From NCBI RefSeq assembly GCF_001194135.2, contig NC_068993.1:5598225-5662224 (forward strand): a stretch of 64,000 bases of DNA, in the 5' to 3' direction. A model generated the notes under the pieces. That model searched no databases and had not been told where the DNA came from. It saw only the letters and a list, made by a program, of their open reading frames with translations. The DNA comes from Octopus bimaculoides. Lineage: Eukaryota. Position 1 is the first letter of the stretch, and each line of letters opens with the position of its first letter. This document shows, one piece after another, positions 39,315-52,067 of this stretch. The position numbers were made by a program, and so were the translations under genes.

Positions 39315-39490
39315 CTGATATTGTGTAGTTAGCCACAAAACCGTAGAGGTAAGACTGTCCAAATCTGCCATCGTCGGTCAGTTGTTGCTGTATCTCTCGA
39401 GAAGACGATGAATCGCGTGATGATGATGTTTTGAATTCAACGCGCATGTCATTCGACGAAGAGGTCACCGAGTCGGGAATTCCTTCAACC
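39315..39490 (-). CDS. gogo: gogo/THSD1-like receptor, C-terminal part of a CUB domain (runs into the N-gap)
   Basis: VTSSSNDMRVEFKT ... YGFVANYT fits the CUB C-terminal consensus (S..n.l.v.F.sD ... GF.a.Y); ends TCA G|GTATGC, phase 1. Confidence 0.8.
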
Positions 39491-40290
39491 NNNNNNNNNN
39501 NNNNNNNNNNNNNNNNNNNNNNNNNNNNNNNNNNNNNNNNNNNNNNNNNNNNNNNNNNNNNNNNNNNNNNNNNNNNNNNNNNNNNNNNNNNNNNNNNNNN
39601 NNNNNNNNNNNNNNNNNNNNNNNNNNNNNNNNNNNNNNNNNNNNNNNNNNNNNNNNNNNNNNNNNNNNNNNNNNNNNNNNNNNNNNNNNNNNNNNNNNNN
39701 NNNNNNNNNNNNNNNNNNNNNNNNNNNNNNNNNNNNNNNNNNNNNNNNNNNNNNNNNNNNNNNNNNNNNNNNNNNNNNNNNNNNNNNNNNNNNNNNNNNN
39801 NNNNNNNNNNNNNNNNNNNNNNNNNNNNNNNNNNNNNNNNNNNNNNNNNNNNNNNNNNNNNNNNNNNNNNNNNNNNNNNNNNNNNNNNNNNNNNNNNNNN
39901 NNNNNNNNNNNNNNNNNNNNNNNNNNNNNNNNNNNNNNNNNNNNNNNNNNNNNNNNNNNNNNNNNNNNNNNNNNNNNNNNNNNNNNNNNNNNNNNNNNNN
40001 NNNNNNNNNNNNNNNNNNNNNNNNNNNNNNNNNNNNNNNNNNNNNNNNNNNNNNNNNNNNNNNNNNNNNNNNNNNNNNNNNNNNNNNNNNNNNNNNNNNN
40101 NNNNNNNNNNNNNNNNNNNNNNNNNNNNNNNNNNNNNNNNNNNNNNNNNNNNNNNNNNNNNNNNNNNNNNNNNNNNNNNNNNNNNNNNNNNNNNNNNNNN
40201 NNNNNNNNNNNNNNNNNNNNNNNNNNNNNNNNNNNNNNNNNNNNNNNNNNNNNNNNNNNNNNNNNNNNNNNNNNNNNNNNNNNNNNNNNN
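39491..40290. other. 800-nt assembly gap that probably hides the N-terminal half of the CUB domain
   Basis: The CUB reading frame runs open into the Ns, and I found no CUB N-half between 40291 and 41689. Other gaps: 3911-3920, 14467-14724, 22284-23003, 30872-31465, 33129-33530, 34997-35158, 44747-45000, 48695-49471, 54925-55559, 59834-60480, 63373-63826. Confidence 0.7.
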
Positions 40291-41169
40291 GATGCGGTTT
40301 CGATTAACTTTGGAAACAGTTTCACTTAATTAATTCGCTTAATAACCATCGTAACTGTCTGTCTGTCTATCTCGAACAAAACAATTGATACTTCTCATCC
40401 GCAATATATTCTTCATATTGTAGTCGAGATGTGACATAAGCTAGAAGGCCTTAAGCAAAGAACACACCTGAATCTCTTTCACCTCTAAATCAAAATAATT
40501 CAAATGAACTTTTTATACCATCTTTATTAATGAACAAAAAAAAAAAAACGAAAACAAAACAAAAACATGTTTGCAGCCATTGAATTTCTTTCTTCATCAT
40601 GGTGTCTGTTGGACAAGGTAAAAAGTTTTAAACCATCTTAAATTTTATTAAACACAGCAATTTCTCCGTCCCTTTCCGCCACTTTCAATCTTCACAGCCC
40701 CTCCTCGCTTCCCCACTTAAGCCTTGGCATAAGCGAAACTAAAGAACTGAAGACTTCGGCAACCGGGTCCTGTTCCATCTTCATTTTTGCTTTTACTTTT
40801 TTCTTTTTGGAATTAATACACAAAACGTGTGAGTGTCTGCGCGCGCGCGTGTGATAGAGGTTTAACAATTATGTGAGAGACGCTAAATGATTGCTGTTCG
40901 ATCTGCTAGAAATAGCGGTTAAATGTCCAACTAAATCAAAACATAACATTTTATAAAACGAAACGACACACCGCAGTCTGGGATATAACTACAAAAACAG
41001 AAAACAAACAAAAAAAAGAAAGAAACATACGAAGAAAAGACTGGATGATTACAGATGCAATAATTTTAATCATCATCCTCCTGGAACTGGCCTGGCCTGG
41101 CCTAGGGCTAAACAACAATTACAAATGCATTGGATAAAGTAATCCTAAGTACAGTATATCTTTTCATAC

Positions 41170-41366
41170 TTTATTTTCTTACTTCAGTCTGCGGCCATGC
41201 TGGGGCACCGCCTCGAGAAATTTTAGTTGAATGAATCAGCCCCAGAACTTTTTTAAAGCCTGGTACTTATTCTATCTGTTTCATTTGCTGAACCGCTGAG
41301 TTACGCGGACCGCAAACATACCAATGCGGACCGCAAACATACCTACACCGACTGTTAAGCAGTAGT

Positions 41367-41460
<94 letters not shown>

Positions 41461-41570
41461 CAAGCCTCATTCGGTTTCCGTCTACCAAATCTATTCATAA
41501 GGCGTTGGTTGGCTTGAGGCTAAGGTGCTACGCAGTGGAACTGAACCAGGAACCATTGTGGTTGGGAGCA
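41170..41570 (-). mobile_element. SINE family B copy with expanded internal (CA)n and a 21-nt internal tandem duplication
   Basis: Family B motifs; gcggaccgcaaacatacc twice at about 41305-41343. Confidence 0.85.
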
Positions 41571-41689
41571 CGAAAAAACCCATTAAAATGAAATCGACAC
41601 AGTTGGAATATCTTTGATCGCAGGACTCCTCGATCAGGTCAAACAACAACAAAGAAAGCAAAAACACACGAACAACAACAACAACTTAC

Positions 41690-41854
41690 TGGTGCAATTT
41701 ACGAAGCAATCTTTCCATTCTACAGGTTCTCCAACACAGAAACGCCCTCCTTTTGATGGAGGAGGTTGATTACAGAGCCGAAACCGATTCTGTTTCCCAC
41801 GACCACATGTGGTGGTACATGTAGCCCATGAAGACCACTTGTTCCAGTTACCGT
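41690..41854 (-). CDS. gogo: gogo/THSD1-like receptor, thrombospondin type-1 repeat exon (DGNWNKWSSWATCTTTCGRGKQNRFRLCNQPPPSKGGRFCVGEPVEWKDCFVNCT)
   Basis: Not in the ORF track; canonical WxxWxxW-C...CG.G...R.R.C TSP1 signature; 165 nt, phase 1-1, GTAAGT donor. Confidence 0.92.
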
Positions 41855-42413
41855 CTACAGTGATTCACTGTAACAGAGAAAACACAAAGAATAAGAAAAA
41901 AAACATACTGAAACTGAAATAGGAAGCCCAATTATAATGAATGGTATTTCTATATCTCCTTCTCATAGTGAAAGGGCGAGAAAAATGTTAAAGAGAACTG
42001 ATGTTTGAAACTTGGTAGACATGGGTGACCCCTCGAGATATTTCATCCTACTACATCAGGGAAAATAACTGATTAAGTGAACGGTGAGCCACTATGTGCC
42101 GTTCGGCTTTCTAGAAATATTGGACAAAACTTCACTTTAATCATAATTTAGCAATTTAAGAAAAAGAAAGACGTGTTGAATAATATGATCTTTAAAAGCA
42201 ATATACCTAAAAATAAGATTGAATGACGATGGTTGAAATGCCTTGATCATAAGATCTGCTCGATCAGGTCAGAGCTGTCTGACATTAAACACAACAAAAG
42301 CTACAACAGCAACAATAACTGGACAGAGCAAAAGGAGGATTGTTGTATATACGGAGAGATAAAAAAACTAACTTTCCAGAATTGTTTCAAATGCCTTCTG
42401 TTGGATGTAAGGG

Positions 42414-42467
<54 letters not shown>

Positions 42468-43944
42468 ACAAAAATTATTAAATTCACTTTTCATCTATTT
42501 TGTTGAATTGTCAAAACTTTCCTCTCACAATTGTGAGATATACTTTCTCAGCAACAATGGAACTGTGTCGGTAGAACTGTGGATGACAATTTTGCGATAA
42601 AAATTTGGACACTTTAAGATTTGAATCTAAGGTGTATCAAACAGTTTTTGTATGTTTTTAAATGCCCAAAACGATTTTCACGATATAGTAGCTTCAGGTC
42701 CTACACAAGGTCACAGCTCGAATCCTTTGCCAAACAAATGCAGCCTGCAACATTTGTTAATTTTACAACAAACCCAAATTTCTCCAGCAGGTGTTTCAAT
42801 TCTTCAATTCATTTCTCAGCAATATTCTGACGACATATTATTGTGAATGGGGAAGTGCAGTGTCATGCAGGTTCAGTGCAAAAATCTTTAAGCAGCCTCA
42901 GGGTTTATTATTTTTATTTTCTTATCTTTTGTTTCTTACTCTTATTTAGGCAGACAGAAACTGCGCCGAAGCTCGAAGTATGTGTGTGTCTTATATTTTA
43001 TAGATTTATAGATATGTCCTTATGCTTCCACTATTTCAAAAACGGTGCTCTGTGTTTATGGTCGTTAACGCAGTCGTCCCGATATGGATATCGATAAGTA
43101 ACGGACACTTAAAAATAAGCACTGGTGTCGATTTGTTCAACAAAACCCTTCAAGGAAGTACCCTAGTATGGCTGCAGTCCAATGATTGAAACAAGTAATG
43201 GAATAAAAAATATAAAGTTAGTAAAAACAAAAAAATGTTTACAAAAGAAATAATATCGTCGATTGAATCACCATGTGGTTTCAAAAAAATTTAAAAAAAG
43301 GGAGTTTTTGCACATGTTCTTGTATATATGAAAATATGATGCCGTTTGCAACAGATTTTCGACAATCAAATCCCTACGTGCCAATGAATCATTTTGTCAT
43401 GCTCTCGAATATGTTTCGTTATACAATGTCACGCTCCTACTTTTCAACAATTGCTTGAATAGTCAGAAATGTAAGACTGAGTTGACAGTTAAGAAACTTC
43501 TGATGGAATACATACATTCTAAATTCACCAGTCCACACACACTCACACACACATCTATCTATCTATCTATCTAATCTGTGTGAGAAATTACGGAAGAGGT
43601 TCGTGTGAAGATGAAGTATTATTTGATAAAAGGAGAAAAAACTCGTTTTTAAATTGCTTAGTGGTGCCTTTGAAATCTCTCTCTCTCTCTCTCCTTCCTT
43701 CCTCTCTCCCTCTCTCTCACACACACACTGCCTGTGCTGTCCTTCATACAATGGCTTCAGGTTAGTATCTGAGAATGTGAACACAGCAACCTTTAACGAA
43801 CTTTCACTGAGAGAGAGAGCGAGAGTGAGAACGAGGGGTGATGTGTGGTGAGGTGTTGTCAAGACTAAACAACAGATCAGCTTGTTACTGTTTCTGCCCA
43901 TTTTCCTATTTATCATGACAGCGAATATTGGATTATTGAAGAGC

Positions 43945-43984
<40 letters not shown>

Positions 43985-45348
43985 TCTCAAAACCTATTTC
44001 CAATGCACGAGTACATTCTGTCACCTAGTAACGGAAACATCCGGTTATTGGGAGGATATCATTTACGAAGGAAGTAAAACGAGATAGTCTGGTTGCTAGG
44101 TGGGCGAATGTATTACCTCCAGCTCGCTTGCTGATTGATGTAGCTCTATAATGCCTCTTGATGTGGATTTGTGGGGACTTTGAAGTGAAACCGAAATGAC
44201 GTCGGATGCACTCGCACACATATCTATCTATCTATCTATCCACACACACACACAAACACACACGAATAAGAGTATGCTAAATACCACACAGGATAAATTA
44301 AATGCATGAGTTATTGAAATCATTTCCTCTTCCAAACACGATAGAACAATCGCTTGGTGACAATTGGGACCAACTTCAAATGAGAAGGGGAGATAACCTA
44401 AAGAATCAAGAATTCAATAAAATAAAATTGATATGCCATTAAGGAAAAGACAGTTTGATCGTCTGGAGAGCAGCGGATAGATGTATGCAGACGTGTTCCT
44501 ATCTTAACAGGTGTTATCTGCACAGCAGTTACTCTATCTCCAGCAGAATGTGACACTTGCACATATGCAAAAACCAATAGAATACATTTATGGCGCAGGT
44601 AATTTGCATGTGTGTGTACGCGCGCGCACGCATGCTTGTGTATACATATACATGTGGTAGCTAAATCACAGCTTTTGAGGGAGTCAGATTTAATACATTG
44701 CTATATTAGTATATGCATGTATAATATATATATATATATATATATANNNNNNNNNNNNNNNNNNNNNNNNNNNNNNNNNNNNNNNNNNNNNNNNNNNNNN
44801 NNNNNNNNNNNNNNNNNNNNNNNNNNNNNNNNNNNNNNNNNNNNNNNNNNNNNNNNNNNNNNNNNNNNNNNNNNNNNNNNNNNNNNNNNNNNNNNNNNNN
44901 NNNNNNNNNNNNNNNNNNNNNNNNNNNNNNNNNNNNNNNNNNNNNNNNNNNNNNNNNNNNNNNNNNNNNNNNNNNNNNNNNNNNNNNNNNNNNNNNNNNN
45001 AAAATACTTACGGGATTTTTGCGATAAGATTTACATGCTAATGTGTTGCGTGTAATAAATTGTCTTAACCCCAAAGCGCTTAGTGTTTGTATGCCTTAGT
45101 CGACTTTTGATAACCAGCGGGGTCCATTAAGATGTGATTATTCCTTTTCACTTCAAAGGAAGGACTAATATCTTACTAATGATTTTCGCAACCTACTTTA
45201 AGGGAGCCGGGTTTCGCATCAGGAAGTGACACCCCCATACGAGACCCTAAGGTGAGTACTGGGTTTTTAAGAAATTAACGCTACCCGACGATGGTTTGCG
45301 CGATCCGTTGTTGTCGTTGTTGTTGCTGCTGTTGTTGTTGTTGTTAAT

Positions 45349-45420
45349 TCGCCGGGAATTGAACTCACGACCTTACGATCGTGAGCTGAATGCCCTAACC
45401 ACTGAGCCACGCGCCTTCAC
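45349..45420 (-). mobile_element. SINE family C tRNA-like head (well preserved A and B boxes)
   Basis: Reads ggcgcgtggctcagtggttaggg...gtgagttcaattcccggcg; no acceptor-stem pairing, so not a tRNA gene. Confidence 0.75.
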
Positions 45421-47300
45421 TTGGGTAATTATCAGGAGTACTCAATGCAAACATAGAGTGCAGAAGTTTGTTTAAACCGATCCCGCCACCTTATACTCTG
45501 GAGTTTCAACGAGGCGCAACCTCTTCTTCAGACTGTTTGCAAGCGCATTTTTAACATCACTTTAGTGTTTAGTTCTATATCTGTAATTCTATAAAATGCA
45601 CACGCCATAGACCCTAAGGTAAGGGAGCCCTGGTATCCGAAGCTAGTAAGAGGACCTTAAAGTATAAATAGTTTTAATAGGGAATTAAAGGCAGGACTAT
45701 TTTAACAATAAGCTCTTGGGTAAAGTTAAGCACAGGGTCTTATATTTATTTTGTGACAGCCTACAGCATCGTATACAGATCACTCTGGACCCTCACACTC
45801 GAGGGGATTCCGGGCAACTGCTCACTATGCTCATGGTTTAAAAAACACTGATTATAAGGGGATTTGGTATAAAATTGGGTTTTAGTTAAGATGGGATTTC
45901 TTAAACCTTGTTTATAGCTTCTAATGAATTTAGACTGCGAAACAGTTTTAAAGGCAGTTTTAGGATTTGTTTAATCGCATAAAATTCAGCTTTATGAAAG
46001 AGAAAGAAAAAAATGTAAAGATATATAATAATATTTATGTAGGGTTTCCATGAAACATGGAAAGAGTTTCGAGAATTCTCCATGACTAAAAACGTTGGGA
46101 AACTCTATTCGATTAAATGTAGATAAGGGTGATAATTCTTTCATGATTTTTTTTTAAACGCGTTCTTTATGAAAAACTTTAAAATTATATACACCATACA
46201 TTTAAGAAACTACATAAAATTTACGGAGAAGTTATTACAATCCATTTTCCCTTCAGTTAATTTGTTTTATTATTTTTTTATTAAAAGGTTGAGGTTATAC
46301 ACAAATTTATACAAAAAGTATTGCGTCGAGTAATGATATTTTGATAGATCTTATTGTAAAGCAACTCTAGTTGTTTCTTTATTTTACAGATAAATAAAGA
46401 AGAAATGAAAGTATTTCTTTTCCTTCAGGCTACTGAAAAATTTCTGTGACTTTTTTTTTAAACAAAGAAATAAATAGACAAATAGCAAAGAAAAGAGGGG
46501 ATAAAAAGTGCTCACATGCTAGATGTTGGTGTGTATGCTGAAAAAAGCCAGCGGCAGTGATCACGTGAACAGCAAAGCAGCGTTCATGCAGATGTGGAGT
46601 TGTAGTAAAGCATAAAACATTTAGCCAAAATAATAAATATGCAAATAAGTAAAGAAATAAAGAGATCATTTCAGCTCGTACAATTCCTTTTTGATATAAA
46701 TATATAGATATCATAATATCAGGATATATGAACGATGTGCGGTAGTTTTTTTTTTTGTGAAAATACTTAGTCAAAATGTCCACTCACCAAGCATTTTTTC
46801 CCGCCAGAGAAGTAGGGGAAAGAAGAAGAGGAAGACAGAAAAAAAACACAAGTAATATTATTTGTTTATTTATTATGAAATTGAAACAAGTTTTTGCGAA
46901 AGAAAAAGATATATTTAAAATGTTAGTACTGCAAAAAAAAAAAAAAAAAATCGAGACAAGAGACAATCGTTAATATTAATTACATACAATGGTACAATAT
47001 TTGCTCGTAGACACATAAAAATAATAAAATAAATGCATGTATTTATACTATTTTTGTAAGTTTTTTTCGTTGTCTTGAAAGTATTTTCTATTTAAGATTA
47101 TAATTGCTAAAAACGAAATAATTGTGATTATATATCTGTATGTATATACCATAACTGGCCGAAACCGTAAGGATGACCTGGAAACTTGACTGATGAGAGA
47201 AGGCTACGAATGACCCGTCCTTGTTTTTTTCTGTCTGTCTTTGTATCGTCTATTTGTCCGGATGTTTTATTATCGTCTGTTGCGTTCTTGTTTCACTTTT

Positions 47301-47343
<43 letters not shown>

Positions 47344-47547
47344 CGGAGATGTACTTGCATAGCAAGTGACCTGATCTGAGATCGTATTCTGGAACGAAAA
47401 CAATTGCAGCGTGGAAGGTGTTTATAAGCCATTTAAAATAACATACAAAAACCGTTAGATTCACTTCAACATTTAAATTTATTATTCCCCCGCCCTCAAA
47501 GTTTCAGGTCTTGTGCCTATAGTAGAAAGGATTGTTATTATTATAAA

Positions 47548-47745
47548 AGGGCGAGTTGGCAGAATCGTTAGCACGCCGGACAAAATGCATAATGGTATTT
47601 GGTCTGTCTTCATATTTTGAGTTTAAGTTCCATCGAGTTCAACTCCGGGTCAATGAAATAGTACCAGTTGAGCACTGGGGTCGATGTAATCGATTTAATC
47701 CTTCCTTACAAAATTTCAGGCCTTGTGCCCATTAGTAGAAAGGGT
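47548..47745 (+). mobile_element. SINE family A copy, preceded by the tail of another copy
   Basis: gggcgagttggcagaatcgttagcacgccgg ... ggccttgtgcccattagtagaaagg. Confidence 0.85.
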
Positions 47746-47866
47746 TACTATAAACATAGTCGTCATTCTCAAGTTATTATAATATGGCAGTATGTGCAAT
47801 GCTTTCGTTAGTTGTTTCAGGCGCCTGTGGAGACACAGACATCATTCGGCTCTTCACTCTTTAATG

Positions 47867-48211
47867 TGGTAGTTCTCAACCATTTTTAATCTATGAACCC
47901 CTTTGATAGCGATTTTATTCTGGTGGACCCCACTCCCATCCATAGCCACTAGTTTATAGATACTTCTTTCAAGATTCCTACATTGTTTTTCACACGACCA
48001 CTATTATAGGTTTGTAGCAACACTCTCTGTGAGAACATGTTTCAGTGACCGAAAACATGTTGAATTATGTAGAGTCAGAAGCTAAGCTGTTTCTCGCAAT
48101 AAATATATCACAGTGGATTCTCAATTTACTAGATACTTTGCTTGTATGGACCCGTAAAATTCTTATGTGGACTCTCCAGGGGTCTCAAGGACCTTGGTTG
48201 AGGAACCACTG
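47867..48211. mobile_element. Non-autonomous hAT-type DNA transposon (MITE)
   Basis: Imperfect TIRs tggtagttctcaacca / tggttgaggaaccactg (CAGTGGTTCTCAA class); flanking 8-mers ctttaatg / gtttaacg match 6 of 8, consistent with a decayed 8-bp TSD. Confidence 0.7.
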
Positions 48212-48638
48212 GTTTAACGTAATGGCACTTCGAAGTTGTAATAGCTGGTGAGAGCGAGGGCCATACCAGCATTAGGTTGTTACTAATTTTCAACCTAGTG
48301 GACTTAAGCAACGGGAAATAAAGGGAGGACATAACGTGCCACCCAATTCAGGAATTGAACTTGCGACTGTATAATCGGGAGCTCAACACACCTAACCCAT
48401 GCGTGTCCACATTAGTATTGAATTAGTGTATTATATTAGCCTCGTGCTTTATCATGGAGGCGCCTACTTTCACGACGAAACTAAATAAATATATATATGC
48501 TATATTAAACAATTGTGTATGAGTCGTATATCTACATATGCAACAATACATGCATACATACGTATATGCAAACACGCATGCATACATATATATGGATGTA
48601 TAGGCATACATATATGAGCATACATACACACACATCAG

Positions 48639-48680
<42 letters not shown>

Positions 48681-49527
48681 GTCAGGAAGTGTTTNNNNNN
48701 NNNNNNNNNNNNNNNNNNNNNNNNNNNNNNNNNNNNNNNNNNNNNNNNNNNNNNNNNNNNNNNNNNNNNNNNNNNNNNNNNNNNNNNNNNNNNNNNNNNN
48801 NNNNNNNNNNNNNNNNNNNNNNNNNNNNNNNNNNNNNNNNNNNNNNNNNNNNNNNNNNNNNNNNNNNNNNNNNNNNNNNNNNNNNNNNNNNNNNNNNNNN
48901 NNNNNNNNNNNNNNNNNNNNNNNNNNNNNNNNNNNNNNNNNNNNNNNNNNNNNNNNNNNNNNNNNNNNNNNNNNNNNNNNNNNNNNNNNNNNNNNNNNNN
49001 NNNNNNNNNNNNNNNNNNNNNNNNNNNNNNNNNNNNNNNNNNNNNNNNNNNNNNNNNNNNNNNNNNNNNNNNNNNNNNNNNNNNNNNNNNNNNNNNNNNN
49101 NNNNNNNNNNNNNNNNNNNNNNNNNNNNNNNNNNNNNNNNNNNNNNNNNNNNNNNNNNNNNNNNNNNNNNNNNNNNNNNNNNNNNNNNNNNNNNNNNNNN
49201 NNNNNNNNNNNNNNNNNNNNNNNNNNNNNNNNNNNNNNNNNNNNNNNNNNNNNNNNNNNNNNNNNNNNNNNNNNNNNNNNNNNNNNNNNNNNNNNNNNNN
49301 NNNNNNNNNNNNNNNNNNNNNNNNNNNNNNNNNNNNNNNNNNNNNNNNNNNNNNNNNNNNNNNNNNNNNNNNNNNNNNNNNNNNNNNNNNNNNNNNNNNN
49401 NNNNNNNNNNNNNNNNNNNNNNNNNNNNNNNNNNNNNNNNNNNNNNNNNNNNNNNNNNNNNNNNNNNNNNNAGAAGGAAAGAGAAAATTGAGGAGTGTGT
49501 ATGTTTTTTGCGAGCTTATGTATGTGC

Positions 49528-49569
<42 letters not shown>

Positions 49570-51766
49570 GTCAGGAAGTGTTTATGAATCTGTGTTTGTA
49601 TATATGTGTGAAGGTAAGTGTAGGTGTATGTAACAATGTGTCTGTGTAATTTTATGCGTGCCATAGTGTATGTCCGTAGAGACGAATACGTTTACTTGTG
49701 AGTGTGTGTGTGTGTGTGCGTGCGTATGCATTTGTGAAGAAAAAGTATGCGTCAGAGAATTAGGGAATATAAATTCACGCATGAGTTGACCCATGCACTG
49801 CCGTTATTATTCGATCCCGTTGTCTTTCGTACTTTATTGCTACCACGAAAGGCGTAACTAATTTCCTTCGATAGAATCGATACCCATGTCGTGGGAATTA
49901 GCGAAAGAATCAATTCCTCGTTATTCCTTTCTTACGAGAGTTAATAATGCAACACAAGAAAGAATACCAGGAAAAAAATTCTGTCGAAATAAGGAAGACT
50001 GCTATTTATTTTATTATTAGAATTAATATCAACGAATTTGATTTGATTTTCTCCTGTACTTTCTTTCAAAATCTCTGCTGGTATTTCCTTGAACATGCTA
50101 GCAACATAGCAGGCGACACAGATATGGTGCATACCACACATACATAATACCGCTGACAGCACACATACGGTGCAGACTACAAGGGTAACGTCGCATAACA
50201 AGCGATATAATGTTACATACGATGTATGTACGGCGCAGACGACATAATTTACGAGCCAACAGGGGGTCTGTACGTGGTCATTCTACATACTTGAAACTGC
50301 AGCCAAATATTTAAACCACATTTAAACGCCTTAGAATAAAAGGACATAAGTTAATGAAATTCTATATACGCTGTCTAAATAAAACGAAGAATGGATGTGA
50401 TATGAACAAGATTTTGGAGAGTATTTCTAGCAGGTCTGGCAACTGTGTGGAACAAGTATGGGTAACCTTCTTCGGGAAGCGGACCGCATGAGACATAGCT
50501 CATCATCAGACGGGTTGCTCTACTAAATATGAAGAAGATATAGTATCAGAAATATTCCAGGATCAATTCTCACAATGATTAGATGTGTCACCAAACAAGA
50601 ATTTCTTTTTTTTAGTGGAAGCAGTGAAACAGTTTCGGACGTTTGCGTTCTGAGTTAAAATAGTGCTTGGATGGACTTTGTTTCTCATATTGCATCGCGG
50701 GATCGGTAAAACCTCGCCTACCTCTAACCCCAACTTTTATTCCTAGTAGGTGCCACGATATTAAGTAACCTTTCTTTCCAGAAGTACCATTCTCGATATT
50801 CTAACCATGCACACAGACTTGAAGATTTTCAAATGTGGTGTTTGAGGTCTTTATCGAGGGAATCATTTGTAGATAGGCGTAGATATACTTCAAAATTAAC
50901 GAAGTAACCAGAAGAAAAATAATGAAATATTTCGCTTGTGTATTATGTTATTAAAGCCACAAAATAACGATGTAGTTCTGGCGTTTGACCAAGAGTTTTC
51001 CAAACCCTTAGCTACGAGGTAGAAAGCCTAAGAGGCGAACCATTCAGGTCTGTGAAGATACAGAGTTATCTCCGTCAACAGCGTCAAAGTGAGCTTCTAG
51101 CAAAAGACGGTGACAGTCGTCCAGTTGGCGGGAGAAAGACCAATGATTTTGAGAAGACTAAGTCATTAAAACATACGCAAATCGCCCCCCCACCAAACAT
51201 ATAAAACTTAAATGCACCCCACCACACACAATGTACATTTATGATCTTAATATTTCAAGAGAACTCCTGATAAACTTTGTACTATATTCAATCTATTTAT
51301 AATTTCCCAACACGGAGACGCTATTCTCAGATATTTGCTCTTCAGGACATTCATAAATGTAATTTTAAATCCATGTCGGAGACAATGGAGAGATAATTAT
51401 TAAAGTCATTAATTACTGTAATTTGATAATTAAAATAACAACGAACCAATCACCGAGAGTACGTCTGCAGGTTATTTTCTGTTGCAAATTAGTGCTTACA
51501 ATGTCAATATCATTTTCATTATAAAAGAATAACAAAAGAGTTAATTAATAATTGTTCTTAGTTGATTAATGAAGATGTTTTGAAAGCTTTGCTATAGTGA
51601 TATTAGATGTTTTATTGGCAGCCATATTTTTTTTAAGAAAAAGAGAATTGGAAATTTAGACTTTTGAAGGGAAAAGCTTTCAAATTAAATAGGTTACAGG
51701 GAATTCTTTTTTATATTTCACAGAATAAGAATGGAGGTTTTGAACTTTGTTGCCGCAGGCGTGGCT

Positions 51767-51910
51767 GTGTAGTAGGAATTTTGCTTCTCAACCACATGGT
51801 TTCAGGTTCAGTCTCATTGCGTGGAACCTTGGGCGAGTGTCTTCTACTTTAGTCCCGGGCTGACCAAAGCCTTGTGAGTGGATCTGGTAGACGGAAACTG
51901 AAAGCAGTCC
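51767..51910 (+). mobile_element. SINE family B 5' half
   Basis: gcaggcgtggctgtgtagtagg...gtggatctggtagacggaaactgaaag. Confidence 0.85.
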
Positions 51911-52067
51911 ATGCTATTGAATTTTAGCTGGAAAGACAATCTATACACAACAAAATTTAGCTCTCCATTGTTATTTTGTGAAACCCATGGTCTCTAACTA
52001 TGTAGTCCATAAGAACTCAGCTATATTTCATTTCAGTTGACCAATATCTAGAAAATAATTCACTCAC

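Noticed and set aside
44025-44219. 64-aa - strand ORF between the GOGO and TSP1 exons
   Set aside because: No domain-like content, no phase-compatible open exon, and not needed for the gene model.
45349-45420. Possible tRNA gene
   Set aside because: A and B boxes are present but the acceptor stem does not pair; the sequence matches SINE-C heads.
47160-47215. GAAAC...CTGATGAG hammerhead-like words
   Set aside because: The stems do not form in any permutation and GAAA is replaced by GAAT.
48670-49583. Same tag tatatattcgtcaggaagtgttt on both sides of a gap
   Set aside because: Most likely overlapping contig ends around a (TA)n tract (assembly artefact), not a real duplication.
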